From the IMG/VR virus record IMGVR_UViG_3300002026_000029, positions 26,796-90,795 of that record: a stretch of DNA of 64,000 bases; one strand, given 5' to 3'. The notes beneath the pieces were generated by a model that saw only the letters and a list, made by a program, of their open reading frames with translations, had not been told where the DNA came from and did no database searches. The position numbers were made by a program, and so were the translations under genes. Source of the DNA: a virus. Position 1 is the first letter of the stretch. Every line of letters begins with the position of its first letter. Shown in pieces: positions 28,772 through 36,445 of the stretch.

Positions 28772-29121
28772 TAATTATCTCCATCCTCTAAATTAGTTTG
28801 TAGTAACTTAAAAGCACGCATAAAATCTAACCGTACATTTACTTCAAATGTGCCACTTTGTGCGTACCTAGGTAGATCAGTTATTGGGTAGCCTTCATGA
28901 ATGTATTTATTGAATGCAACTTGGTAGAGTTTATAATAAGGTACTAATTGCTTTAACCGCTCGTAACTATTTGGACGCATATGAAATAACATTACATCAG
29001 TTTTTGTAAGGGCTTCAGTATCTGCCAGTCGGCGATACTTTGATATCAATTTTTTAAGTTCTTCACGTGAGGTAATGCTTTTAATTCTAACCTCTTCTAT
29101 TGCGTATTCAAATTCAGTCAT
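28771..29121 (-). CDS. Hypothetical protein, MTxFEY-leader family
   Basis: Begins MTEFEYAI. Confidence 0.6.
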   Translation of the reverse strand: MTEFEYAIEEVRIKSITSREELKKLISKYRRLADTEALTKTDVMLFHMRPNSYERLKQLVPYYKLYQVAFNKYIHEGYPITDLPRYAQSGTFEVNVRLDFMRAFKLLQTNLEDGDN

Positions 29122-29520
29122 TTAAATGGCCTCTAGTGTATTAACTAAGTGAGGGTTATACTTATATAAGTCAACCTTAGAACGCTCCCTAGAGCCTTCT
29201 TGTGGAGTCTCAGGAGTGTATGTGAAATTAGCTTTAATGATGATCTTCTCATCATTAGTCCTGAATGCCAAAACAGATGAAGCTTCTAGTACTTTGGTGT
29301 ACATAATACCATCAATCTTGGTATTTAGTATAATATATCCTCTATAATCAACATAAGACTCTTCAAGATCTGTGTTGTCAATATCAAGTACTATTGTGAG
29401 GTAGTTAGGAAGACCCCAGTCTTTTATAGTTACCGTGAAGGGAATCTTTGTACTCACACAGTGTGTGAGTAGTTGATGGATAGTAGTTGTGATAATTTTA
29501 TACATGAGTGTCCTTACCAT
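29122..29520 (-). CDS. Hypothetical protein
   Basis: 132-aa ORF overlapping the exonuclease stop. Confidence 0.55.
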   Translation of the reverse strand: MVRTLMYKIITTTIHQLLTHCVSTKIPFTVTIKDWGLPNYLTIVLDIDNTDLEESYVDYRGYIILNTKIDGIMYTKVLEASSVLAFRTNDEKIIIKANFTYTPETPQEGSRERSKVDLYKYNPHLVNTLEAI

Positions 29521-30305
29521 GGGGCTATATAGGTTGTGTTTGGGATATATTGTTTAATAGTAGATTTCTTTACATACTCTTTAACTGGGCCATTAGGTAG
29601 AAATTTTGGGTGGAAGGAGCGTGCCAGTTCAAGTGCAATATCTTGTTTTTCTTGGAGTAGCTCAGTATTTAGGATGCGAGCTTTGGTTATATCAAAGTAG
29701 AAGCCAAACGATGTTTGTTCTGCTATTATTATTGCAGCCTCATGTTCTAGTGTTATAACCTCTGGGAGTGGAAAGAATGATTTACTCTGTAAAAATAGTA
29801 GTAGATCTGCTGTTAAATCCGTATCTTGTTTACAGTATGTAGCCATCTCTTTTGTAAGACCTGTATTAAACTCTTGAAATTCAATCTTATCATTGCCTAA
29901 CCGCTTACCAAATGCTTTTAATGAGAATGAACCCCATATGTCTTTTGGTAGCCCTAGAGAAGCATCTATACTAATTAACTCATCAGCACTATACATTAGT
30001 TTAGATAGTATTAACGTGTCATATGGGGTTGGTATAAGTGTAACTCCAATAACATGTCTAATAACTATATCATCAAAGCCAAGTCCATTGTGAGCACATC
30101 GTATATCAGCTGTGTTGATTAAGTTTATAGCTTGGGTTAGTGAACCATCAGAATATGAAGTGTAATATTCGGTGAATAATTTAGCTGGTTGGGGTTCACC
30201 ATCTAGTATCATTGTTACTGCAATACAGTAAATTTTAGTGATAGCATCAATTCCTGCATTAGTTATGAAAGGAGTCTCAATATCATACACTGCGATTGTT
30301 TGCAT
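29514..30305 (-). CDS. DNA polymerase family A, 3'-5' exonuclease/thumb half of a split gene
   Basis: YDIET (ExoI), AHNGLGFD (ExoII), DTLILSKL, SLKAFG.RLG, YCKQD (ExoIII), LEH...Q...GFYFD thumb helix; AAGGAG RBS. Confidence 0.9.
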   Translation of the reverse strand: MQTIAVYDIETPFITNAGIDAITKIYCIAVTMILDGEPQPAKLFTEYYTSYSDGSLTQAINLINTADIRCAHNGLGFDDIVIRHVIGVTLIPTPYDTLILSKLMYSADELISIDASLGLPKDIWGSFSLKAFGKRLGNDKIEFQEFNTGLTKEMATYCKQDTDLTADLLLFLQSKSFFPLPEVITLEHEAAIIIAEQTSFGFYFDITKARILNTELLQEKQDIALELARSFHPKFLPNGPVKEYVKKSTIKQYIPNTTYIAPW

Positions 30306-30321
30306 ATAAACTCCTTTGTAA

Positions 30322-30576
30322 TTAATGTGATGGTGTTATAATTTCACTTGTTTGGATTACACCCAGTACTTCTATAATAGAATCATACTTATCAGCTTTG
30401 ATTCTTAATGCTTCTTTCTCTAAATCTACTACGGATGCAGTTGATTCATAGATGGCAATAATATCTTTAGCTTTGTAGTAGGCTACTACTAATGTGTCAT
30501 ATAAGGCTTCTTTTGACATAGTTTCATCAACTGATTGTTCTATATCATATATTTCGTTTAGTAGTTTAGCTATCAT
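30322..30576 (-). CDS. Hypothetical protein
   Basis: Small ORF in accessory run. Confidence 0.5.
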   Translation of the reverse strand: MIAKLLNEIYDIEQSVDETMSKEALYDTLVVAYYKAKDIIAIYESTASVVDLEKEALRIKADKYDSIIEVLGVIQTSEIITPSH

Positions 30577-30799
30577 TTAGGTATCCTGTTAATTCTGTTA
30601 ATAATGAACGATTAAACTTTTGAGATTCTAGACTCTTAGTTATACGTTCAATGTCACGGGTCTTGTAGTCTTCACGTAAAAGTCTTGTTATTAAGACTTC
30701 ACTCCAACTTATTTTTTGAGATATTGCTTCTTTATACTGCATTTCACTAAGTACATTAGCATTAAAGTCATCACCATAAATGTATGTAGCTTGTAGCAT
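30566..30799 (-). CDS. Hypothetical protein
   Basis: Small ORF in accessory run. Confidence 0.5.
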   Translation of the reverse strand: MLQATYIYGDDFNANVLSEMQYKEAISQKISWSEVLITRLLREDYKTRDIERITKSLESQKFNRSLLTELTGYLNDS

Positions 30800-30973
30800 T
30801 AGCAGACTTCTTCTAGTAACTCATAAAAGTAGTAATTGTGTCTAGCACACAAGGTTTTTATTCTTACTAATTCATCTGCAATTGAGAGAATTCCACATTC
30901 TTTTATAAAGAAGTCATAATCTTCTTGAAGTTTTTTGTCATACAGATACGCTTCTTTTTCGTCGTTATTCATG

Positions 30974-31177
30974 TTATTTTTCCTTTATTATTTGGATTTT
31001 CTGTAAATCGTCTGCACTGATGTACCCCTCAACATATACTAAGTGGTGTTCCATTTTATATTTAGCTACACCAGTTTGTTGACTATAAGCAAAAGTAAAT
31101 AATATGAGTACCACTATCATACTAAATACTATCACTACACCTTCACCGTCTACGTTTTGCATAAACCATTCTTTCAT
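30974..31177 (-). CDS. Small membrane-anchored protein
   Basis: Single hydrophobic segment VVIVFSMIVVLILFTFAY. Confidence 0.5.
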   Translation of the reverse strand: MKEWFMQNVDGEGVVIVFSMIVVLILFTFAYSQQTGVAKYKMEHHLVYVEGYISADDLQKIQIIKEK

Positions 31178-31181
31178 TTTG

Positions 31182-31418
31182 TTATTCCTTTATCTCATCG
31201 TTGCATAGTACTATATCTTCAACAGTTATGTCAAAGTCTTCTATGTTTTTAAAATATCTGTCTGGAATATTTACCGTGATTTTAAATCTGTCATAATCTG
31301 TTATCTTTGGTATAGGTAGATTAGTTGCTGTTAAGCTACTAAAATTCTCATTTCGGAGTTTACTTGCGTTATCTGTAATGTAATATTTTGACAAGTCCAT
31401 GAATAATTCTACTTTCAT
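31182..31418 (-). CDS. Hypothetical protein
   Basis: 78-aa ORF with AAGGAG RBS. Confidence 0.5.
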   Translation of the reverse strand: MKVELFMDLSKYYITDNASKLRNENFSSLTATNLPIPKITDYDRFKITVNIPDRYFKNIEDFDITVEDIVLCNDEIKE

Positions 31419-31581
31419 TTAGTACTCCTTGGTTTGGTTACTTAATATAGTCATAATAAGTATAAGTACACCTATAATCCAAACACATAGAGTATGGTTA
31501 TGTATAACTGGTGTAGTTGCTGCAATAAATACCTGAAATAGTACGAGTAAAACTTGTATAAAAATAAATAACTTCTGCATA

Positions 31582-32193
31582 TTAATAATCCTCCACCTCT
31601 ATTTCTGTGTCAAGCAGTCTTTTAAATTCTTTCGAAGTACTAATCATTGCTAAAAAGTCTGCATCATTTTTAAAATATCTAACATTATTAAACCAATACT
31701 GGCCATTAAAATAAGCGTATTGTGCTATTTTAATCATCTTCTTTGGTTTAATTTTATAATCACAAGAAGCGATATTATTAACCTCTTCTGGTGAGCAGTT
31801 CAGTATATTTATTAAATAATCTGTCATGTTTTTATTCACCATGGCTAAATTATCTATTTCTAGTTGTTTCTCGTGTTGCACGCTATTTTCTGTATAGTAA
31901 GTTTCAGCGTTTAATTCTTCAGCATACTTGTATGCATCTTCATAGCTATACTTACGAATACTTCGTTTAGACCACTCTAATACAGTGTCGTCATCTCTGA
32001 CACAACGGGTATAATTGCTGTAGTCACCATAAATGGTGTTGCTATATGTAAGTGACGCACTAGACCAAACCAAATAGCTTTTATCATGAACAGTAGATGT
32101 CCACGTCCAAGTATCTTTTATAGCATCATCAAATACGTATCCATTTAGAAAGTCTACTTTTTTAGTGGATAAACGCCAGTCGTTGTGTTTCAT
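31582..32193 (-). CDS. Protein with degenerate, circularly permuted DUF1566/Lcl-like domain
   Basis: DWRL...WTST...TRCVR followed by LEW...YEDAYKYAEEL. Confidence 0.55.
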   Translation of the reverse strand: MKHNDWRLSTKKVDFLNGYVFDDAIKDTWTWTSTVHDKSYLVWSSASLTYSNTIYGDYSNYTRCVRDDDTVLEWSKRSIRKYSYEDAYKYAEELNAETYYTENSVQHEKQLEIDNLAMVNKNMTDYLINILNCSPEEVNNIASCDYKIKPKKMIKIAQYAYFNGQYWFNNVRYFKNDADFLAMISTSKEFKRLLDTEIEVEDY

Positions 32194-32202
32194 AATATTC
32201 CT

Positions 32203-32955
32203 TTATGGTTTTACTTTATTATACAATGCTGGTTGATTAATTTGTAATAGCTCAAGCATCGCTGCACTGAGTTCTCTTATTTCTGCTTGAGCATGACTGT
32301 CTAATCTGAGTTTGAAGTAGTTTTTTAGTCCTTCAGTTTCTCCCATCATGTAGAATTCTGTGTAGGTAACTTGAGGTAGAAATCTGGAAGCTACTTGTGT
32401 TTCATTTGTGTCACATAGATCTGAATATAAATTTAGTGCATTGTCTATAATAGTTATAGCAGCGCCGTTCTTTCTTAGTTCTTCTGGAAACCAGAATTGA
32501 AAAGGAACTTTAGAGCCTTTAGTGTATCGTCTTGACATCTCAAGGTAAGAGAAGCTTCTATGTCTCATGAACTGAGACCTTACAAACATAGGTACCTTGA
32601 TACGAAAGCAAGCAATGTTCTGCTTGTGAGCATCCACGTTATCTTTGTTTGAGTATCTTACTGAATAATCATCAGGAGAGTTTCTCATTGATGTTGTTAT
32701 GCTACAGTACGGGTAAGTATCAACAATAAATTCCCACAGGCTCTCATGTTTAATAGACTGCATACGTTTGTATAGAGCTTCTGGATTCTTAGCTTCTTCA
32801 TTTCCGTATGCTAATGAAGCTAAGGTAGTAACAGTATGGATACGTTGTTCTTCTGACTCATTAGCATGTGATGCATCATATAATGATACTGCTCCTATGG
32901 AATCGTTGTATAGCTGTACTGTGGCTACTTTAGTGAATAGATTATCTTCTGTCAT
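32203..32955 (-). CDS. thyX: Flavin-dependent thymidylate synthase
   Basis: HES, VRSQFMRHRSFSYLEMSRRY, LRLDSHAQAEIR. Confidence 0.93.
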   Translation of the reverse strand: MTEDNLFTKVATVQLYNDSIGAVSLYDASHANESEEQRIHTVTTLASLAYGNEEAKNPEALYKRMQSIKHESLWEFIVDTYPYCSITTSMRNSPDDYSVRYSNKDNVDAHKQNIACFRIKVPMFVRSQFMRHRSFSYLEMSRRYTKGSKVPFQFWFPEELRKNGAAITIIDNALNLYSDLCDTNETQVASRFLPQVTYTEFYMMGETEGLKNYFKLRLDSHAQAEIRELSAAMLELLQINQPALYNKVKP

Positions 32956-32968
32956 TTGTTATTTCCTT

Positions 32969-33346
32969 TTATATCTCTGCTACAAACTCACAGCAAATGT
33001 GCTCTAGTAAGTAATTGTAGATTTTTGTACCTAATAGGTAATCAGCGTAATCTGAGGCATGTTTTTTCCATATAGCTGGTAATTCTGGATTGTACTCAGC
33101 CATAATTTTATCATTGTAACATGTATTAGTACTAAAGAAAGCATTTAATAATAGTATGTTTTCTTCGCCTACTGCAGCTATAATATAATCCAGTTCTGCT
33201 CTAACAGTATCAATATCTTTTTTTTTATAGTAGTAAGTTATGTAATTAGGTTCGTGTCCTTGTACTCCAAATCTATCTGCTGCATTTGAATACTGAACTC
33301 CAAATAAAAACTTTCCTTCTATATCTCCTGAGTAGTATCTACCCAT
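32969..33346 (-). CDS. Conserved phage hypothetical protein
   Basis: MGRYYSGDIEGKF.F.VQ.S.AADRFG...ADY.LG.KI...C.F.AE; start placed after a CAGGAG RBS. Confidence 0.65.
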   Translation of the reverse strand: MGRYYSGDIEGKFLFGVQYSNAADRFGVQGHEPNYITYYYKKKDIDTVRAELDYIIAAVGEENILLLNAFFSTNTCYNDKIMAEYNPELPAIWKKHASDYADYLLGTKIYNYLLEHICCEFVAEI

Positions 33347-33490
33347 ATTATATCTCCTGTATACATATATATATATATCATCTAGCACATAACTTACACT
33401 TTACCACAAATTCAAACGGTATCAGCAATATTATTTACTTTTTTTGCTTAATAGATGGTATCATATTATTGTCAAATATTTTATTTTTTT

Positions 33491-33958
33491 TTAGCTTATT
33501 CTTGTGTCATTATTTTCAGCTTTGTAATATACTTCAGTATCTAATGTTTTAGCATACTCTATTGCTTTATCATGAGTATATCCAGTGTCCGTTGACTTTG
33601 CCCACTCTAGTCCAAATTTACCATCACGCACGCACCTAACATAATACTTATTAGATTTATAGTCGGTGCTGCCATTACCGTCGTTGAAATAGATAGTCCA
33701 AACATAGCCCGCAGCGAAAACATCGGGCGAACTAGACCAATAATAGTCGGATCTAGTATCTTCTACATCAGAAGTAGGGCTATGTTTTTTATAGTTAACT
33801 AAAGTGAATAACTCCTTTATTGTAGGTAGTCTCCAATCGTTATATTTTCCATCATTTATATTTTCTTCTAAAATCCACTGACATGATGCAAATATTGCAT
33901 CTGGTTCTGTATCAAAAACTATTCCATTAGCATCACCACATGTTTGCTGTAATTTTTC
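33491..33958 (-). pseudogene. Start-less 155-codon frame with permuted DUF1566/Lcl domain; out-of-frame continuation of 33919-34137
   Basis: Hand translation: ...FDTEPDAIFASCQWILEENINDGKYNDWRLPTIKEL...YYWSSS...VWTIYF...YYVRCVRDGKFGLEWAKS... Confidence 0.65.
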
Positions 33959-34137
33959 TCAGATAATACTCTACTTGTATTAATAATGAATTTATTACTA
34001 AATGCCCACTCTTTACACAAATGAATTAAATCGTGTGTAGATAAGTAGCATTCACCATTTGTGATTTGGTTAATCTTATAGTCTTTATAAGAACCTGCTA
34101 TTCCAGTTACTGCTGTGAATAGTTCATCTGTTATCAT
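33919..34137 (-). CDS. Hypothetical protein, N-terminal part of a frameshifted gene
   Basis: MITDELF...HLCKEWA pattern; its usual partner motif TEP.AIF..C.WIL lies in the -1 frame. Confidence 0.5.
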   Translation of the reverse strand: MITDELFTAVTGIAGSYKDYKINQITNGECYLSTHDLIHLCKEWAFSNKFIINTSRVLSEKNYSKHVVMLME

Positions 34138-34412
34138 AACGATTCCTTTGTGTTGAATATAATATAATGTGAGGGTAATGTTAAAATATCTTTTACTACA
34201 TTTTGATACTTTAACTTTTCTTCCAGTGTCTTGAAATGATCACTTTTATCAGAATATGTCATTTGCAATAATGTCCAAAGAGTATCTTTAGCTATAGTAA
34301 ACCAGTTATCTTGTACGTTTATAGTATCACAATGAGCTTTAAATGTTTTGATTATTTTCGCATCAATACTGTTTGCATCAATTTCTATCATCGATATTTG
34401 AGTAGTTTTCAT
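34134..34412 (-). CDS. Hypothetical protein
   Basis: Small ORF with RBS. Confidence 0.5.
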   Translation of the reverse strand: MKTTQISMIEIDANSIDAKIIKTFKAHCDTINVQDNWFTIAKDTLWTLLQMTYSDKSDHFKTLEEKLKYQNVVKDILTLPSHYIIFNTKESL

Positions 34413-34421
34413 CTTATTCCT

Positions 34422-34613
34422 TTAATTTAAGTCAGTACTATTTGTAAGCAATTGCTGAATTATATACTCAGTGCTGTACCAATTAGGGGTGTTATCAACG
34501 ATTAAGTACACATATTCATGATTAAATTTATAATTATCTACTTTTAATACTTTATAAACTTTATAGGTCATATAGTTAAAACTAACCCAATCACCTACTT
34601 TAAACTTATTCAT
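34422..34613 (-). CDS. Small SH3/KOW-like protein
   Basis: KFKVGDWV start. Confidence 0.45.
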   Translation of the reverse strand: MNKFKVGDWVSFNYMTYKVYKVLKVDNYKFNHEYVYLIVDNTPNWYSTEYIIQQLLTNSTDLN

Positions 34614-34618
34614 ACTAT

Positions 34619-34885
34619 TTACTGTACTTCTAAATGCTCGGTATACTTAACTTTGTATATCTCAAGTATTTTATTTGTTGTTTTGTCTAATTTTATAAGT
34701 CTATTGAATGTACATACATAAGCATTCTTGTAGCGTACTATGTCCTCAACATGATTTATTGACAGAACTACTATGAAATTATCATCATACCCTTCCCTAT
34801 CATAGTAGAATCTAGCATAATAATTTGTGTAATCTATTTTTCTAAGTACACATATAATGTCTTCCCATGTTGGTGTATTCATCAT
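34619..34885 (-). CDS. Hypothetical protein
   Basis: Small ORF in run. Confidence 0.5.
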   Translation of the reverse strand: MMNTPTWEDIICVLRKIDYTNYYARFYYDREGYDDNFIVVLSINHVEDIVRYKNAYVCTFNRLIKLDKTTNKILEIYKVKYTEHLEVQ

Positions 34886-35264
34886 TTATCCTTTTTGTTT
34901 CTTCGATTTTAACGTATAGATAATGTTCTTTTCCATTATTGTTACACTCCAGTTCTTTTTCTGTATACCATCCTAATAATAGTTCTGTTGCTCTCATTTC
35001 TGCACCTTTGTAGTAATCTCCTATGGATGCTTTATTTTGTGAGCATTTAACAAGTCTATACCACTGATATTCGTAAACTGGTTCTGGTGGTTGTTTTAAT
35101 AGACATTTAGTAAAATCTCTCTCATACTTTACTAACCCTCTAACTGCTGCATGTGACCACATACATGGATATTTTGCACTGCTTACATCAAATTGTTCAG
35201 GTATGTGGTACCTGCACCCAATACAGAATGAGTAGTTACCTTTGTTTGTTGGCGTCACGGTCAT
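34842..35264 (-). CDS. Hypothetical protein
   Basis: Cys-rich N-terminus; PEPVYEYQW...YTEKE...KIEETKR motif. Confidence 0.5.
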   Translation of the reverse strand: MTVTPTNKGNYSFCIGCRYHIPEQFDVSSAKYPCMWSHAAVRGLVKYERDFTKCLLKQPPEPVYEYQWYRLVKCSQNKASIGDYYKGAEMRATELLLGWYTEKELECNNNGKEHYLYVKIEETKRINDEYTNMGRHYMCT

Positions 35265-35330
35265 CCTTTATAATTTAAGTACTATAAGATAGCATTAATA
35301 TGTTATCTATAAAGGACTTTTAGTAGAGTT

Positions 35331-35414
35331 TGGTGGGTAAGCATCATTCAATTTTTTTGTACAGAAATCTCTTCCGTTATGAGCGGAAGGTGTTTACTAT
35401 TAAGCTATGTGTCC
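35331..35414 (-). pseudogene. Degenerate tRNA-Met/Ile (CAT)
   Basis: Intact anticodon arm CTTCCG-CTCATAA-CGGAAG, TAGCTTAA D-arm start and terminal ACCA; T-arm and acceptor stem disrupted. Confidence 0.55.
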
Positions 35415-35420
35415 TTATTG

Positions 35421-35499
35421 TGGTGAATACAGGTAGGATTTTCACCTACAATTCCTTAGCGTAAGCCATGGTGTTTCTAATTTTTAAACTACAGTATTC
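35421..35499 (-). pseudogene. Degenerate or non-canonical tRNA (TAC-containing loop)
   Basis: GAATAC/GTATTC acceptor stem plus ACCA; T-arm GTAGG-TGAAAAT-CCTAC; aberrant anticodon loop. Confidence 0.5.
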
Positions 35500-35516
35500 C
35501 TATATTTATATTTGTG

Positions 35517-35595
35517 TGAAGACTGGTAGGGCTCGAACCTGCAACCACCAAACCTAAGCAAGGTACTCTACCAATTGAGCTTATTACAGTCTTCA
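35517..35595 (-). pseudogene. Degenerate or non-canonical tRNA
   Basis: GAAGACTG/CAGTCTTC stem, AGCTCAATTGGTAGAG D-arm and GGTTCGAGCCC T-arm; anticodon stem unpaired. Confidence 0.55.
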
Positions 35596-35724
35596 TATAT
35601 TTAATGCTTTGTGAAATACACAACATAATGGTGGTGTATTCTTACACAGGATTTGAACACACTTCTTGCTCTGGTATCTAGCCAATGTGTACTTCATTAA
35701 AAGTTAAATAACTTCTCAATGCAA

Positions 35725-36015
35725 TTATCTGTTAGTTGCAACAAAAAAAACAGATACACTAAATAAATTATTTAACTTAACATAGTATAGGGACTTCCAC
35801 CATATAACTTTAGATTTGTAGCATATATTATAAGCATCTAAACTCTTACTGTTGACATACCTTGTGTCTTTAAGCTTTGTACCATAAATACAAAACAATT
35901 CTTTTTGAAGAGTTTTTATACTTAAAGTATAGTATTTACCAGATTTCGTCACTATGTTAATTTTATAATAATTTGCTGTGTGTGTGTTATTTTGGAGTTG
36001 AACCAGAAAGTCCAT
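35725..36015 (-). CDS. Hypothetical basic protein (AT-rich)
   Basis: 96-aa ORF, weak RBS. Confidence 0.35.
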   Translation of the reverse strand: MDFLVQLQNNTHTANYYKINIVTKSGKYYTLSIKTLQKELFCIYGTKLKDTRYVNSKSLDAYNICYKSKVIWWKSLYYVKLNNLFSVSVFFVATNR

Positions 36016-36410
36016 AAGCGTTATCTCGCCAATAACACATCAAATACAGGACTTTCACCTGATGTTAAGGATAGCCTTTATCTCACTTATCTAGGTTTTG
36101 CTACGCAGGAACCTTAACCCATAGGATATTCGTTTAAGGTACGATGATTTGAACCTTTGGTAGTATTCTTTTATATAGCGTCGTACTGCTGGACAACGCT
36201 TAGACGTACAGTTCTCAACACTGGTAGGAGGGCTACATATTATTTTACGCTCAACTTTTCGGATACTGTGTGAGCCTCATTGAGTAATGGTAGCACATTC
36301 TCAACGCAGTCAGCTAGGCACGTTGTACCTATAGATTGCTTCTTAACTGGAATCAATACCCTAACAACCTACCTAAGCAATTTCAGTAGGCTGTAAGAGA
36401 TATTGTGTAT
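36016..36410 (-). ncRNA. Candidate large structured ncRNA (~400 nt)
   Basis: ORF-free; several stems with minus-strand G-U pairs; a predicted pseudoknot and a T-loop-like arm. Confidence 0.5.
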
Positions 36411-36415
36411 AGTAG

Positions 36416-36437
36416 TACTAGAGTGTACACTCTAGTA
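36416..36437. repeat. Perfect 22-bp palindrome tactagagtgtacactctagta
   Basis: Seen directly just downstream of the 36446-37252 stop. Confidence 0.75.
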
Positions 36438-36445
36438 ATTACTGA

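Noticed and set aside
21137-30305. Split intein in DNA polymerase (also considered for RNAP)
   Set aside because: No C/S-initiated N-intein block or terminal HN-C/S/T motif at any break.
31582-33958. DUF1566 genes as active DGR targets
   Set aside because: No near-identical template repeat, RT or avd gene is seen; the two copies are highly diverged at DNA level.
36016-36410. tmRNA or cobalamin riboswitch
   Set aside because: No GGGG..TTCGA 5' end, no acceptor stem with CCA, no clear tag ORF and no AAGGGAA/B12 box; only a T-loop-like arm.
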